The position numbers and the translations under genes were made by a program. Below, piece by piece: positions 53,634 to 64,000 of a stretch of DNA of 64,000 nucleotides. Under the pieces are notes generated by a model, which saw nothing but the letters and a program-made list of their open reading frames with translations, did not search any database and was not told where the DNA came from. This DNA comes from Octopus vulgaris. Its lineage: Eukaryota. The stretch covers positions 56,420,001 through 56,484,000 of the forward strand of contig OX597830.1 of NCBI GenBank assembly GCA_951406725.2, given 5' to 3'. Within the stretch, counting starts at the first letter, position 1, and the number at the start of each line of letters is the position of its first letter.

Positions 53634-53819
53634 GCTGAACTGAAGAACAAGTATATAGTGTGGGTGTTTATTTGGCAAAAATTATTATTTTCGATGAAAC
53701 TCAGAAATTTAATAGAGAAATCTCATTAATCCTTCTGATAACAAACCGCTTGAGAATGCCCCTGGTTCTATGATATAGTCTTTGTTTTCAATGTGATCTA
53801 AATGAAAACCTGCCATTAA

Positions 53820-54041
53820 CCCTTTCGTTACCGTATTTATTTTGAGATGTTCTGAGTTTCTTTTAATTAATTTTAAATATAACAAAGAATTTAGTAAAAT
53901 ATCTTAGTTATCATTAAGCTTGTGGTAGGAGTATAAATTGTGACTAAGGTTTGGTAGAAGATTTTAATTCAAAACTTATGAAAACGAGACATTTATACTA
54001 CAGAGCCAGAGACGGTTTCAGACAGGTTGGTCATGAAAGGG
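53820..54041. mobile_element. TTAA-flanked (piggyBac-like) MITE
   Basis: TTAA|CCCTTTC...GAAAGGG|TTAA. Confidence 0.75.
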
Positions 54042-54326
54042 TTAAAGTATTGTGTTAATTTATGTTCCAGGCACCAGCTTAGTTGCTTTAGTAATTTCAT
54101 CATTATTATCAAAATTAATTGAAATAGAAGCAGTGTACTTCAACAAAAATATCATTTTTCTATGCTAGTATGGAGTATAAGGAAAGATTTCCTGTATAAA
54201 ATATTGATAAATTGATTAAAACAGTTTTAATTCAACCAACTTATTTTTACTGAGTTATTTTATTTTTTATTAATAAAAAGCATTCAATTTTTTTCTGATA
54301 GCAATCATTTATTATTTAATCAATAG

Positions 54327-54357
<31 letters not shown>

Positions 54358-55692
54358 GTTAAATGTAGTGTTGAACTTATTTTTACTGCAAAGTGCAAAC
54401 TATTCCACAGTCCAATGAACAGCTAACATTACTGTTAACATAAGAGTGTTGGACACTGGCAATTTAATTGAAGACTTTTAATTGAAAGTTAGAAATAGCA
54501 AGTATCATCTTAGAAACAATATATGCTGAAAGAGTCATAAACCAACTGATGGTCAAAAGTACAATTTAATTAGTGTCCAGCAGTTTTATTAGTAAGAGCC
54601 CTTCTCTGAAACTGAGTTGAGTTTTTGACCATAGCATTTTTGCTGTTGGATCATCTCAATTTTTTTTTTTACCTATCTTTTCCACTTCACCCAGTCTTGA
54701 GGATTCTGGGCTTTGATCAATCCAATAGAGAATTAAGCACAAGGCCAGCAATTTTGGAGGAGGGGGTAAGTTGATTACATTGACCTCAGAGTTCAACTGG
54801 TACTTATTTTATCGACCCTGAAAGGATGAAGCGGTAAGTCAACCTCAGTTCAAATTCAGTTGACTTTGCCTTTTATCCTTTTGGGGTCAATGAAGTAAGT
54901 ACCAGTTAAGCACTCGGGTCAATGTAATCTACTAGTTCCTCTCAGTGAAATTTGAACACTGGCACTCTAGTCTTGTGCTAGTAGGATATTAAGAGCACCA
55001 TCCGAGCATGATTGTTGCCAGAGCGGCTATCTGGCCTCCGTGCTGGTGGCACGTAAAAGACACCAATCAAGTGTGATCATTACCAGCATCGCCTTACTGG
55101 CACCTGTGCTGGTGGTATGTGTAAAAGATTTGAGTGAGGTCGTTGCCTGTACCTCCTGACTGGCCCCTGTGCTGGTGGCATGTAAAAGCACCCACTACAC
55201 TCTCGGAATGGTTGGCGTTAGGAAGGGCATCTAGCTGAAGAAACTCTGCCAGATCAAGACTGAAGCCTGGTGCAGCCATCTGGTTCACCAGCCTGCAGTC
55301 ATTCGTCCAACCCATGCTAGCATGGAAAGCAGACGTTAAACGATGATGATGATGAATGTAGATACAGACAAAATGCCATTAAGCATTTTGTACATCAAGC
55401 TAACAATTCAGCCAGCTCATTGTTTTAGCATAGAATTAAATATTGATGTAACAAAATAACTGACATTCAAATGTTTTACTGGCCTTCAATTCTTTACTAG
55501 GTTTTGGTCAATTTAGTCACTGGCCACTCAAATATGACCCAATGGTACTGGATTACATACTACACAGACAGAGAAGAATTCTCAAACAAATCAGTTGTAA
55601 GAACTAGTTTAGTGTCCATCTCAGAAATAAACACATAGATATTAAATGGGTACCAGAGACCAGTTGGCGGTGGTCAAACCCCTTAAACTCAC

Positions 55693-55826
55693 AGTGTTGT
55701 TGGTCTCCCTGAAGTCCATATTTTGTCATCTTCTTCTTCTTGAGACTCAATATCATCCTCTTCTTCGTCCGACAGAGATGTATCAGAATCGTAGCTGATG
55801 ATGGAATTGGATGCTGACAGGAATGG
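55693..55826 (-). CDS. DMXL2: DMXL exon (PFLSASNSIISYDSDTSLSDEEEDD...RPTT)
   Basis: ctacag / gtgagt; 134 nt; acidic YDSD stretch after MTKPF. Confidence 0.9.
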
Positions 55827-55859
55827 CTGTAGAATGACCACAGAGAAGTAAAATATTTA

Positions 55860-56084
55860 TTAACCCTTTAACAACCAGATTACTTTGTCTAATGTAATGC
55901 TTATTTATTTGCGTTTTGAATTAATCATGCATTAATTTTATCACTTCAAGATTTCAATGGAGTGTTTGTATATTTTTAGAATGACATTGTAGAGTAGGTG
56001 TGAGAGAGTGGATCTGGTTGCTTTGAACATAAACAGGTAGAGTATTTGAGCTGGGTATGGCTGGATTAAATGCTAAAGGGATAA
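55860..56084. mobile_element. Second TTAA-type MITE family (related copies near 13185-13400, 22045-22264, 24575-24757, 49040-49205, 62603-62815)
   Basis: ttaaccctttaa...atgctaaaggg ends and shared internal gtaggtgtgagaggctgg...gaacataaaacagg sequence. Confidence 0.65.
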
Positions 56085-57135
56085 ACACAGTTTGAACAAC
56101 ATACATATACACATATGAGGTCTTGATATTTTGGAATTGCCACTAGTACAATATTATTGGTAGTTGAGTGTTAAGTGTCCCTGCTTGCCACAAATAAAAC
56201 TCAGGAATCTCAGGCGGCACTTTACTGGCTCCACTGACAGTGAAAGAGAAAGAACCACAGAGATACAAGAGGAGGATGCAGAGGAGAAGGAATAAATGAC
56301 ACAGTAGTTATAGGAGTAATTACACAAACAAGAGATCGGTTTTACTCTTTTACTTGTTTCAGTCATTTGACTGTGGCAAAAATATACTTCCTAAACTTAC
56401 TGGTCATATGACAGGTAAAAGTCTAGTTTTATGTATATGTTTGTTTGCCTTATATCCACTTTTCTGTGCCAGCATGGATTAGACATAATCCAGACATGCA
56501 TTTTTTTTCTCTCTCCTTTTTCTTTCCTCTTTCCCTTCTGTTGAAGAGCATAGGCTTGAAACACCGAAGACTTTTATATTTTTCCTGAGTGTCAAACTAA
56601 TACAACTTGTTTGCTGTTCCCTCACCTGTCACGGTCTTTTGTACATTTGAACCACACACACATACATATTATTAAGGTAGTGTTACATGGTTGATGTTAG
56701 GAAGGGCGTCCAGTTGTAGAAGCCATGCCAAAGCAGATATAGCACCTGGCAGAGTCTTCTCGCTTGTCTGATCTCGTCAAACCATCAAACCCATGCCAGC
56801 ATGGAAGAAAAGGATAACAAATGATGTTGCTCTTTCCGTCTCTAATCCTCTCCTGTTTTTCTAATAAGTGATCTCTTATTTCACACATCTATGGCGGTGC
56901 ACAATCTGTTGCCTTTTGAAGAACACAAATGTAAACAGACACATTGACAGACATATACATACATACATACACATATACATACATGCAGGCAGACATACAT
57001 ACAGGCATACACATATACAGGTAGACATACATACATACATAGACGGAAACACAGAGAAAGACATACACAACAATTTCATACAGTTTCTGTCTACCAAATC
57101 CACTCATAAGGTTTTGGTTGGTCTAAGGTTATTGT

Positions 57136-57432
57136 GTGGAGGCACGTGGCTTAGTGGTTAGGGTGTCAGCATCATGATCGTAAGATTGTAGTTTCAATTC
57201 CTGGACCGGGCAACGCGTTGTGTTCTTGAGCAAAACACTTCATTTCACGTTGCTCCAGTCCACCCAGCTGGCAAAAATGAGTAACGCTGCAATGGACTGG
57301 CGTCCAGTCCAGCTGGGGAACACATACACCATTGAAACCGGGAAACCAGGCTCATGAGCCTGGCTAACCCATGACTCGTCCAACCCATGCTAGCATGGAA
57401 AACGGATGTTAAACGATGATGATGATGATGAT
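57136..57432 (+). mobile_element. tRNA-derived SINE family C with an RTE-derived 3' tail
   Basis: A box GTGGCTTAGTGG, B-box-like GTTTCAATTCC; ends ccaacccatgctagcatggaaaacggatgttaaac(gat)n, matching the RTE 3' end; 12-bp TSD-like taaggttat(t/c)gt. Confidence 0.75.
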
Positions 57433-57920
57433 TTATTATTTATTAAGGTTATCGTAGAAGTTCAAGGTGACACTGAACCAAAAGCCATGTGGTTGGGAAG
57501 TCAACTTCTTAATGACACAGCTGCTATGACTATGTCTGAGAGAAATGTATATCAAAGAAGTAGAAATAGACTAAACTGTTCTATACAGAGTTGCTGACAT
57601 GGGCAGGGCAAACTTCTATACAATAAATTATGTGAAATGCCATCTAACACGACAAGCAAATTGTATGGGATGACATGTATGTAATACGAGTTGAATAATT
57701 TTGATTAATCTGAGAGTATCATGTGAATTATTCAATAAAAAGTTAAAAGTCATCAGAGATAGACGAATGTCTGAAACAAAAAATCTAAAACCAACAAGGG
57801 GAATAACTCTTGTATAAAAAAACTCTCCCCAGACACAACAGAATCTGCTTCAACACACGATCTTATATAAATACTGTTTGTAATAAAGAACGTGAAAAGT
57901 TTGCAGCAAGAAACGCTTAC

Positions 57921-58060
57921 CTTTGTCATGAAATAAGTGATCATACTTAGTTCAGGCGGCACAAATCTTTCTTCGTATGTTTGTCTTTCATCTTTCCTTA
58001 CTGAACCCATTGCCTTCATATGAACTTTCATTCTATGCTTAGCGGCATCATCCACAGGAC
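57921..58060 (-). CDS. DMXL2: DMXL exon (PVDDAAKHRMKVHMK...YEERFVPPELSMITYFMTK)
   Basis: catttag / gtaagc; 140 nt; RFVPPE motif. Confidence 0.93.
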
Positions 58061-58317
58061 CTAAATGAAAAGTTGACGGTCACTTTAGCTAAATTATGTC
58101 AGAGAAACAATGATCAAATATATATCAGATGAGATCTTCAACCTGTCCCAAGCTATAAGACTGAACAAGATTCCTTTTGAATGGAAAACCACAAATTCCC
58201 AAACATGCACATATCATTGAGCAGATCTATGATCAAAGGTATTACTATCCTGTCTTCTTTTTCAGACATAGTGTACCTTGGACAACATTATTTCATGTAT
58301 CCTTTCTTCCTGTAGTT

Positions 58318-58568
58318 ATAATAATAATAATAATGAAATTATTGTATACAGTGCTCAGGTGCACCACAACTTGTCTAGAAATGTCTGGAAAGCGAACAAT
58401 GTATGAGTCAGATACATGCTTGTGTGTGTATGGAGGGGAGAAAATCAAGTGTAGTGTTGGCGAATCTCAGGAAGCATGGAAGTTTTGAAGGATGCAGTGC
58501 TCCGACAACTAACAACTGATGCCGGCAGTTTGTTCCATGCTTCAGCAACTCTCAGCGTGGAAAAATGT
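58318..58568 (-). mobile_element. CR1-clade LINE 3' end
   Basis: Minus-strand remnant TLRVAEAWNKLPASVVSCRSTASFK and (ATT)n tail. Confidence 0.65.
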
Positions 58569-58808
58569 AGTTGTTCATTCTCAAGTTATACCCATGACAA
58601 ACGTCTCTCCCTCCATGCTAGTGGTGTTAACCAAGGGAAAAAAAGGTAGCTAATGACTGAGCTTAGTATGAGTATTGTTGCAGGTGTTCTTATCAGGACA
58701 GAAGGATTTAAGACAACTTCCCACTGCAAGACAGCTCTAACAATTCTTCCAAATCTAAAAGTCAACCAAGGCAGAATTTAAACTCAGAATATAAGGATGA
58801 AAAAAATA

Positions 58809-59043
58809 CCTATTTCTTTACTACCAACAAGGGGCTAAACACAGAGAGGACAAAAAAGGACAGACAAACGGATTAAGTCGATTATATCGACCCCAGTGCG
58901 TAACTGGTACTTAATTTATCGGTCCCGAGAGGATGAAAAGCAAAGTCGACCTCGGCGGAATTTGAACTCAGAACGTAACTGCAGACGAAATACCACTAAG
59001 CATTTTGCCCAGCATGCTAATGGTTCTGCCAGCTCGCTGCCTT
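58809..59043 (-). mobile_element. SINE family A copy
   Basis: TSD taaggatgaaaaaaatacc. Confidence 0.87.
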
Positions 59044-59332
59044 AAGGATGAAAAAAATACCATTAGGCATTTTGTCCAGTATGGTAATGATTCTGCCAGC
59101 TTGCAGTCTTTATAATTGATTTAGGCACAAAGCCAGCAATTTTGAGTGGAGGGATTAGTTGAATATATCAATTTTATCAACCTGAGTAGTACTTGGCTGG
59201 TACTTTGAAATGCAAAATCGACATTGACAGGATTTGAAATTAGAGTTGGAAGGAAGGGAAAAAAAGACAATAAAAGAAGTTGAAAACAGATGATTGATGA
59301 AGCAAGAGGGAATAGCTGATTGGGTTTCTTAC

Positions 59333-59578
59333 CTTTGGGGAGAAGAACAGAATTTCTTTTGATTACAGTCTTAACACCTCCTCCAAACAGTGCTGCCCAC
59401 GTCTGCTTGTCCAACTTGTGGGCTACAAGTCTATAGAGTAGGTGGACATCATAAGTAGCTAGGCCATTGATGAGCAGACACATGTAGACAGCCACCAATG
59501 ATTCACATAAGAGTACATCTAACCTTGGAGATTCCTCATCACGCTCACGAACTAATAGGACACGTAAAGATGTCACAC
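59333..59578 (-). CDS. DMXL2: DMXL exon (VTSLRVLLVRERDEESPRL...WAALFGGGVKTVIKRNSVLLPK)
   Basis: tttcag / gtaaga; 246 nt; LFGGG motif; overlaps ORF 59121..59576. Confidence 0.93.
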
Positions 59579-59956
59579 CTGAAAGATCAAAAAATAGTTC
59601 TTTAAAGTAGTGAAAATTTAGTTTTTGATGCTGGTTTTCCTTTTTGCTGTTAGTTTAGAACAAAAAAGAGAATCTTGAATGATTATTTCACTTTTGGTAT
59701 TGCATATTTTAGTGTTTCTTTTTACTCATGCAGTTAATATTTTTTTTAAAGTTACGGATAAAACAGAGGCACACTTTCTATAATTTATTGCTATGCTATA
59801 ATTTATTCATAAGTAATTTAGATAAAGAACTATATATAATTATTCATAAATAATTTAAGAATACTAAAATGTTAAATCTTAGGCAAGACACTCCACTCTA
59901 TATGAATACACTGAGATAGTTAACACCATTAGTAAAAAGAATACAAAAGTATTAAA

Positions 59957-60166
59957 CCTATTTCTTTATTACCTACAAGGGGCTAAACACAGAGGGGACA
60001 AACAAGGACAGCCAAATAGATTAAGTTGATTATATCGACCCCAGTGCGTAACTGGTAATTATTTAATTGACCCCGAAAGGATGATAGGCAAAGTCAACCT
60101 TGGCGGAATTTGAACTCAGAACGTAGTGGCAGATGAAATACCGCTAAGCATTTTGCCAGCTCACCT
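59957..60166 (-). mobile_element. SINE family A copy
   Basis: Match to 5871-6105 with a 5' deletion. Confidence 0.8.
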
Positions 60167-60533
60167 AAGACAAGACATACCACTATGTAAATACATCAAC
60201 ATATCTAACATCATCAGTATTAATAATAATAAGGTGTTAAACCTTAAACAAGACACACAACTCTATATGAATACATTGACATATCTAACACCATTAGGAT
60301 CAAGATTAATGAAGTGTTAAACTTTAGACAAGGAGCACCACTCTTCAATGTATAAACATATTTACATATCTAAAACACCATTAAAAATATTCTGACAACC
60401 TACATAATTTAAGGAGCCGATTCCAACATTTAAAAAACCTGGTAGCACATTTCTTTGTTGATGATCAATGAAAAAGTGACATGGAATAGAATGGCCAATA
60501 AAAGATTTGTAAAGTGAAAAAGATTGTGTTTAC

Positions 60534-60649
60534 CTGGCCACTTAGAAGGTGAAGTGTTCACAGCCTCTTCACATACACTACTGGGTAAACGACGTCGTTG
60601 GGGGTTCAATCCTGACATCAGATTGTTTGCTTGGCAAGAGATGTTATGA
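60534..60649 (-). CDS. DMXL2: DMXL exon (HNISCQANNLMSGLNPQRRRLPSSVCEEAVNTSPSKWP)
   Basis: ttttcag acceptor, gtaaac donor; 116 nt; joins next exon to give KWPGVTSL. Confidence 0.88.
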
Positions 60650-61011
60650 CTGAAAATAGCAATGTTCGTTTTTTTTTATTTAAGACGTTAGAATCTTTGA
60701 TGGTTGTGAACACAAATCAATGGGTGTCACTGCCTTCACCCTACCCTTTTAATACAGCTACTATAACAAAATCTTCAAATCACACCCAACAATCTTTAAC
60801 AAAAAAAAACAAAAAAACAAAAGACATATTGGACATAATCTTAGATATACCATATCTTCTGGTATACAGATGAAAATTTTCAGATCAACATTTTCAGCCC
60901 AAAATGTAGCTGACTTGGGAAGATCAAAAATTTCATGTAAAAATGAAGTAGGATTTGGAAAGATAACGATGATGTTTGAATGTTTAAGCAACATGTTTAC
61001 ACTATATACTA

Positions 61012-62505
61012 CACCTTGAACCACGCTATTAGATGAGGAGTGTAATTTAAGACTTCTTGGGTTTCTGTGAATCGATTTTGATAAAACTTTTCCCAGCTGG
61101 TTTGCACACTATGGCAATACCATTGTTATGTTTTCATTATTCTGGGCGACATCCTTTCTTTTTTTATTTCAGATTCTTCAATTTTTGGGTGAACCACGCT
61201 AATAGCTTTTGAATGAAAAGAGCCCACCTAGACATTTTTTTTTTTCAGAAAATGAAGAGTAATGATACATATTAAGCATACATTGAGTATATATTTAACA
61301 GAAAACCACAATAATATAATATTTATTGACATAATGAATTATTTAACCTCATGAGCGTCATTTCGACGGATAACTTCAAAAACCCTATGAGTCATGGAAT
61401 TTGTTAATTTCATAATAGTAGCAGGTTGGACTGCCTCTGCTGCAGCTTTGATGGTCACCCATAAAACATCTTTCGATGTAAATTGGTGTCCATCGGCATA
61501 AACATCTTGTTTAATGATGGACCAAAGATTTTCGATAGGGTTGAGATCTGGAGATGCTGGTGGCCATATCAACCTTTTACCCTGTATGCCATAAGGACCT
61601 AGGAATGTTTGGGTGGCCCTAGCAGAGTGGGGGGGTGGAAGGAGCATTGTCATACACGAATACAAGATTCCTTAGAAGCGACAGCAGTATATCCCCTAGC
61701 CAGGGATCCAAGGCCTCCTTAAAATAACTGCATTAACCCATTCAGGTACCCTGACTTGGCCAACAAGTCTCGCCCCAATAAAACCAGCCCACAATGTGAC
61801 TCCTCCATCCTGTTGCTGACGTTATAGACGTTGGTGACTCTCATCTCCAAAATAGACCCAACCATTTGCCCAACCATCAGTGAACAGGACACAACTTGTG
61901 TCTAATGTCATATACTTTTGGGCCTATTGAAGCTTCAAACTCTTGTGATGGTGCAGTTTAAGGGGTTCTCACACAGAAGCCATGGTCCTGAGGATGCAAT
62001 TTCTAGTGGTTTTTGGTACATGAGAATGTCCAAATGCAGTGAAAAGGGCTTTGCTTGTTTCTCCAGGTTTCCCATGTAATTTGCGGAGAATATTCCTTAA
62101 ATCCCTAGCTGTCACAGTCTTGGAGATCCCACAATTGGATTGCTTCTGCCCTGGCAAAGGTCCTTCAGGAATTGTCTAGCTGTGCCCACACGATGACCTA
62201 ACTTCTCTGCAATGACATGAAGAGAGGTGCCTTTAGCACTTTCTTTGATGATGACAGACTTTTCTTCATCATTAAGACCTTTTCCATGTCCCTTTCTTCT
62301 TAGAGAGGAGCAAAGGTATTAGCGTGGTTCACCCAAAAACTGAAGAATCTGAAATACAAAAAAAGAATAATACACAGAATAATGAAAACAACAATGATGT
62401 TGCCATAGAGTGCAAACCAGCTGGGAAAAGTTTTATCAAAACTGATTTACAGAAAACCAAGAAATCCTAAATTTCCCTCCTATGCTATTAGCATGGTTCT
62501 GGGTG
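61012..62505 (-). mobile_element. Decayed Tc1-like DNA transposon, TRT/DD37E-like, with ~195-bp IR/DR-type TIRs and TA target duplication
   Basis: TA|CACC...GGTG|TA; TIRs about 61012-61210 and 62312-62505; transposase remnants GHGKGLNDEEKSVII, VLFTD, YDNAPS, WPPASPDLNPIENLW, with stops, frameshifts and lost ATG. Confidence 0.9.
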
Positions 62506-64000
62506 TACATTGATTTGTATGCCAAAAAATATATGGTATTATATCTGTGAAAGAGAGAAAAATAATTGAAGATGGTCTGCTGGACCAGGGCAGATTTGGA
62601 GTTAATCCTTTGGCATTCAGGTTACCGTTTCAAATAATGTTTATTGATTCATATCGTTTTGAAATAATCATGCATTGTCTTGTGGAGTTGAGATTTCAAT
62701 GATGTGATAGTTTAGTTTTAGAATGATATTGTAAGAGGCCAGATCTGGAGAATCTGAACATGAAATAGGTAGAATATTTGCGCCAGACATGGCTGGTTTA
62801 AAAGCCAAAATGGTAAACAATGACAACAATAACAACAGTAATACAAACACAAAGATGTTTACAATTCCAATAAAATTAATCAGTAAATGGAAAATGTAAA
62901 ACAAAGTAGAAAACAGGGTCATAGAAGTGGGTATTTATGAGTGGTGAGTCAGGATTTGGGACATGTTAGAATAAGATGTGGCTTATACAGAAATGATGGT
63001 TAAGTTACAAGGAGGATTATAAAAACTGGAGTTTAGAGAAGAAATAACACTTAACTTTGGAAGGAAAATCACAGCTGTTTTGGGACAGAACCACAATCCA
63101 AACATTAGCAGGGATATTTGATAAAAACAGCACTGTATCTGATAAAACCATAAGTACAGTTGCTGATAAATTACCAAGTATTACAGGTGGTAAAATATTG
63201 AGTCCAAGGGATTGATTAAGCAATAAGATTTATATATAAAAAGTAATAAGGAATAGGGTGGATAAAACAATAGGTCAAATGGACTATATTTTAAATAAAA
63301 CAATAGGTAGGTGGGTATCAAGGGCAACAGTTAGAGTGGAAGTACATGTTATGAACGAGCTGTGATTGGATTAACAACTGGATTTATATATATATATATG
63401 TATATATATATGTGTGTATATATATATATGTGTGTATGTATATATATATATATATATATGTATTCCATTGGGTGACAAGTTCAAAAGGAAGCTATATCCA
63501 GGCACTTCGGATAAAACACTTAAAGATATATCTATATACATACATACATGTATGTATGTATGTATGTATGTATGTACACACACTCACCCACACACACTCA
63601 AATATATATATATATATTGTAGTTCATAACAAGCATTGTGGAATGCTGTTAAAAGTGAATTACAACTTCACACTGTCGCAAGTTGGGGTAAAAAGACAAA
63701 GGCCAAACAAAGATTTATACTTTTTTATCTCTTTTTACAATATTTTGGCAAAAAAGGCCCACATCAAGATAAAACAATGACTGATCTTAGCTCTGTTCCG
63801 CATACTTATATAGAGAAATGGGGAAATAAGTTGTGACATTCAGAGACAGGTAGTGTTAAATTGGGCAGTTAACTTTGTGGTTGATGGTGCACTTTAATAA
63901 ATTAATTATTGAAAATGGTGCAGGTGTCCATGTAATTAAGTTTGTTTCTCAAGCACATGATTTTGGATTCAGCCCATCTGTGTGGCAATGACACCTTGGG

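Larger units (their letters stand above)
4473..60649 (-). other. DMXL2: DmX-like / Rabconnectin-3 alpha gene, 3' part (18 exons in window; 5' exons lie beyond the window end)
   Basis: 18 GT-AG exons join in frame (2410 nt). Peptides such as SPSKWPGVTSL, ALFGGG, RFVPPELSM, NSYSWCLIRYA, LPVSSP, IHKEQDII, YLTGSTDGSVRMWEW, CHNKTTSDF, CLWDTLLP, GSAEGDIKIW and SCGVDGSMK match the DMXL1/DMXL2/Rbcn-3A C-terminus as I recall it. In an invertebrate this is probably co-orthologous to both DMXL1 and DMXL2. Confidence 0.95.

Noticed and set aside
56154-56240. Pyrimidine tract plus VPPEIPEF echoing the VPPELSM exon
   Set aside because: The frame does not fit the phase-0 intron (immediate stop) and the nucleotide match is only about 11 nt

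Overview
AT-rich, microsatellite-dense eukaryotic genomic DNA; the repeat landscape (tRNA-derived SINEs, RTE LINE with (GAT)n tail, (TA)n/(CA)n tracts) is typical of an octopus/coleoid cephalopod (inferred, not proven). One protein-coding gene dominates the window: the 3' part of a DmX-like/Rabconnectin-3 alpha gene (DMXL1/2 family) on the minus strand. I traced 18 GT-AG exons by hand from 60649 down to the TGA stop at 4473. All splice phases are compatible (2410 nt, about 802 aa, ending in the C-terminal WD40 repeats). One 84-nt symmetric exon is probably a cassette exon. Introns contain a 5'-truncated RTE LINE with a PHD-like finger in its ORF, a decayed TRT/DD37E-like Tc1 transposon with IR/DR ends, several MITEs, a Helitron relic, three SINE families, Tx1/CR1/RTE fragments, four minisatellites and many long palindromes. 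The most striking unexpected signal is an intact-looking type I hammerhead ribozyme at 34249-34290, on the gene's sense strand, at the tip of a ~145-bp rod-like inverted-repeat element. Several decayed hammerhead-like motifs lie elsewhere, pointing to a Penelope-like/retrozyme family. Almost all ORFs in the supplied track are microsatellite or repeat artefacts.
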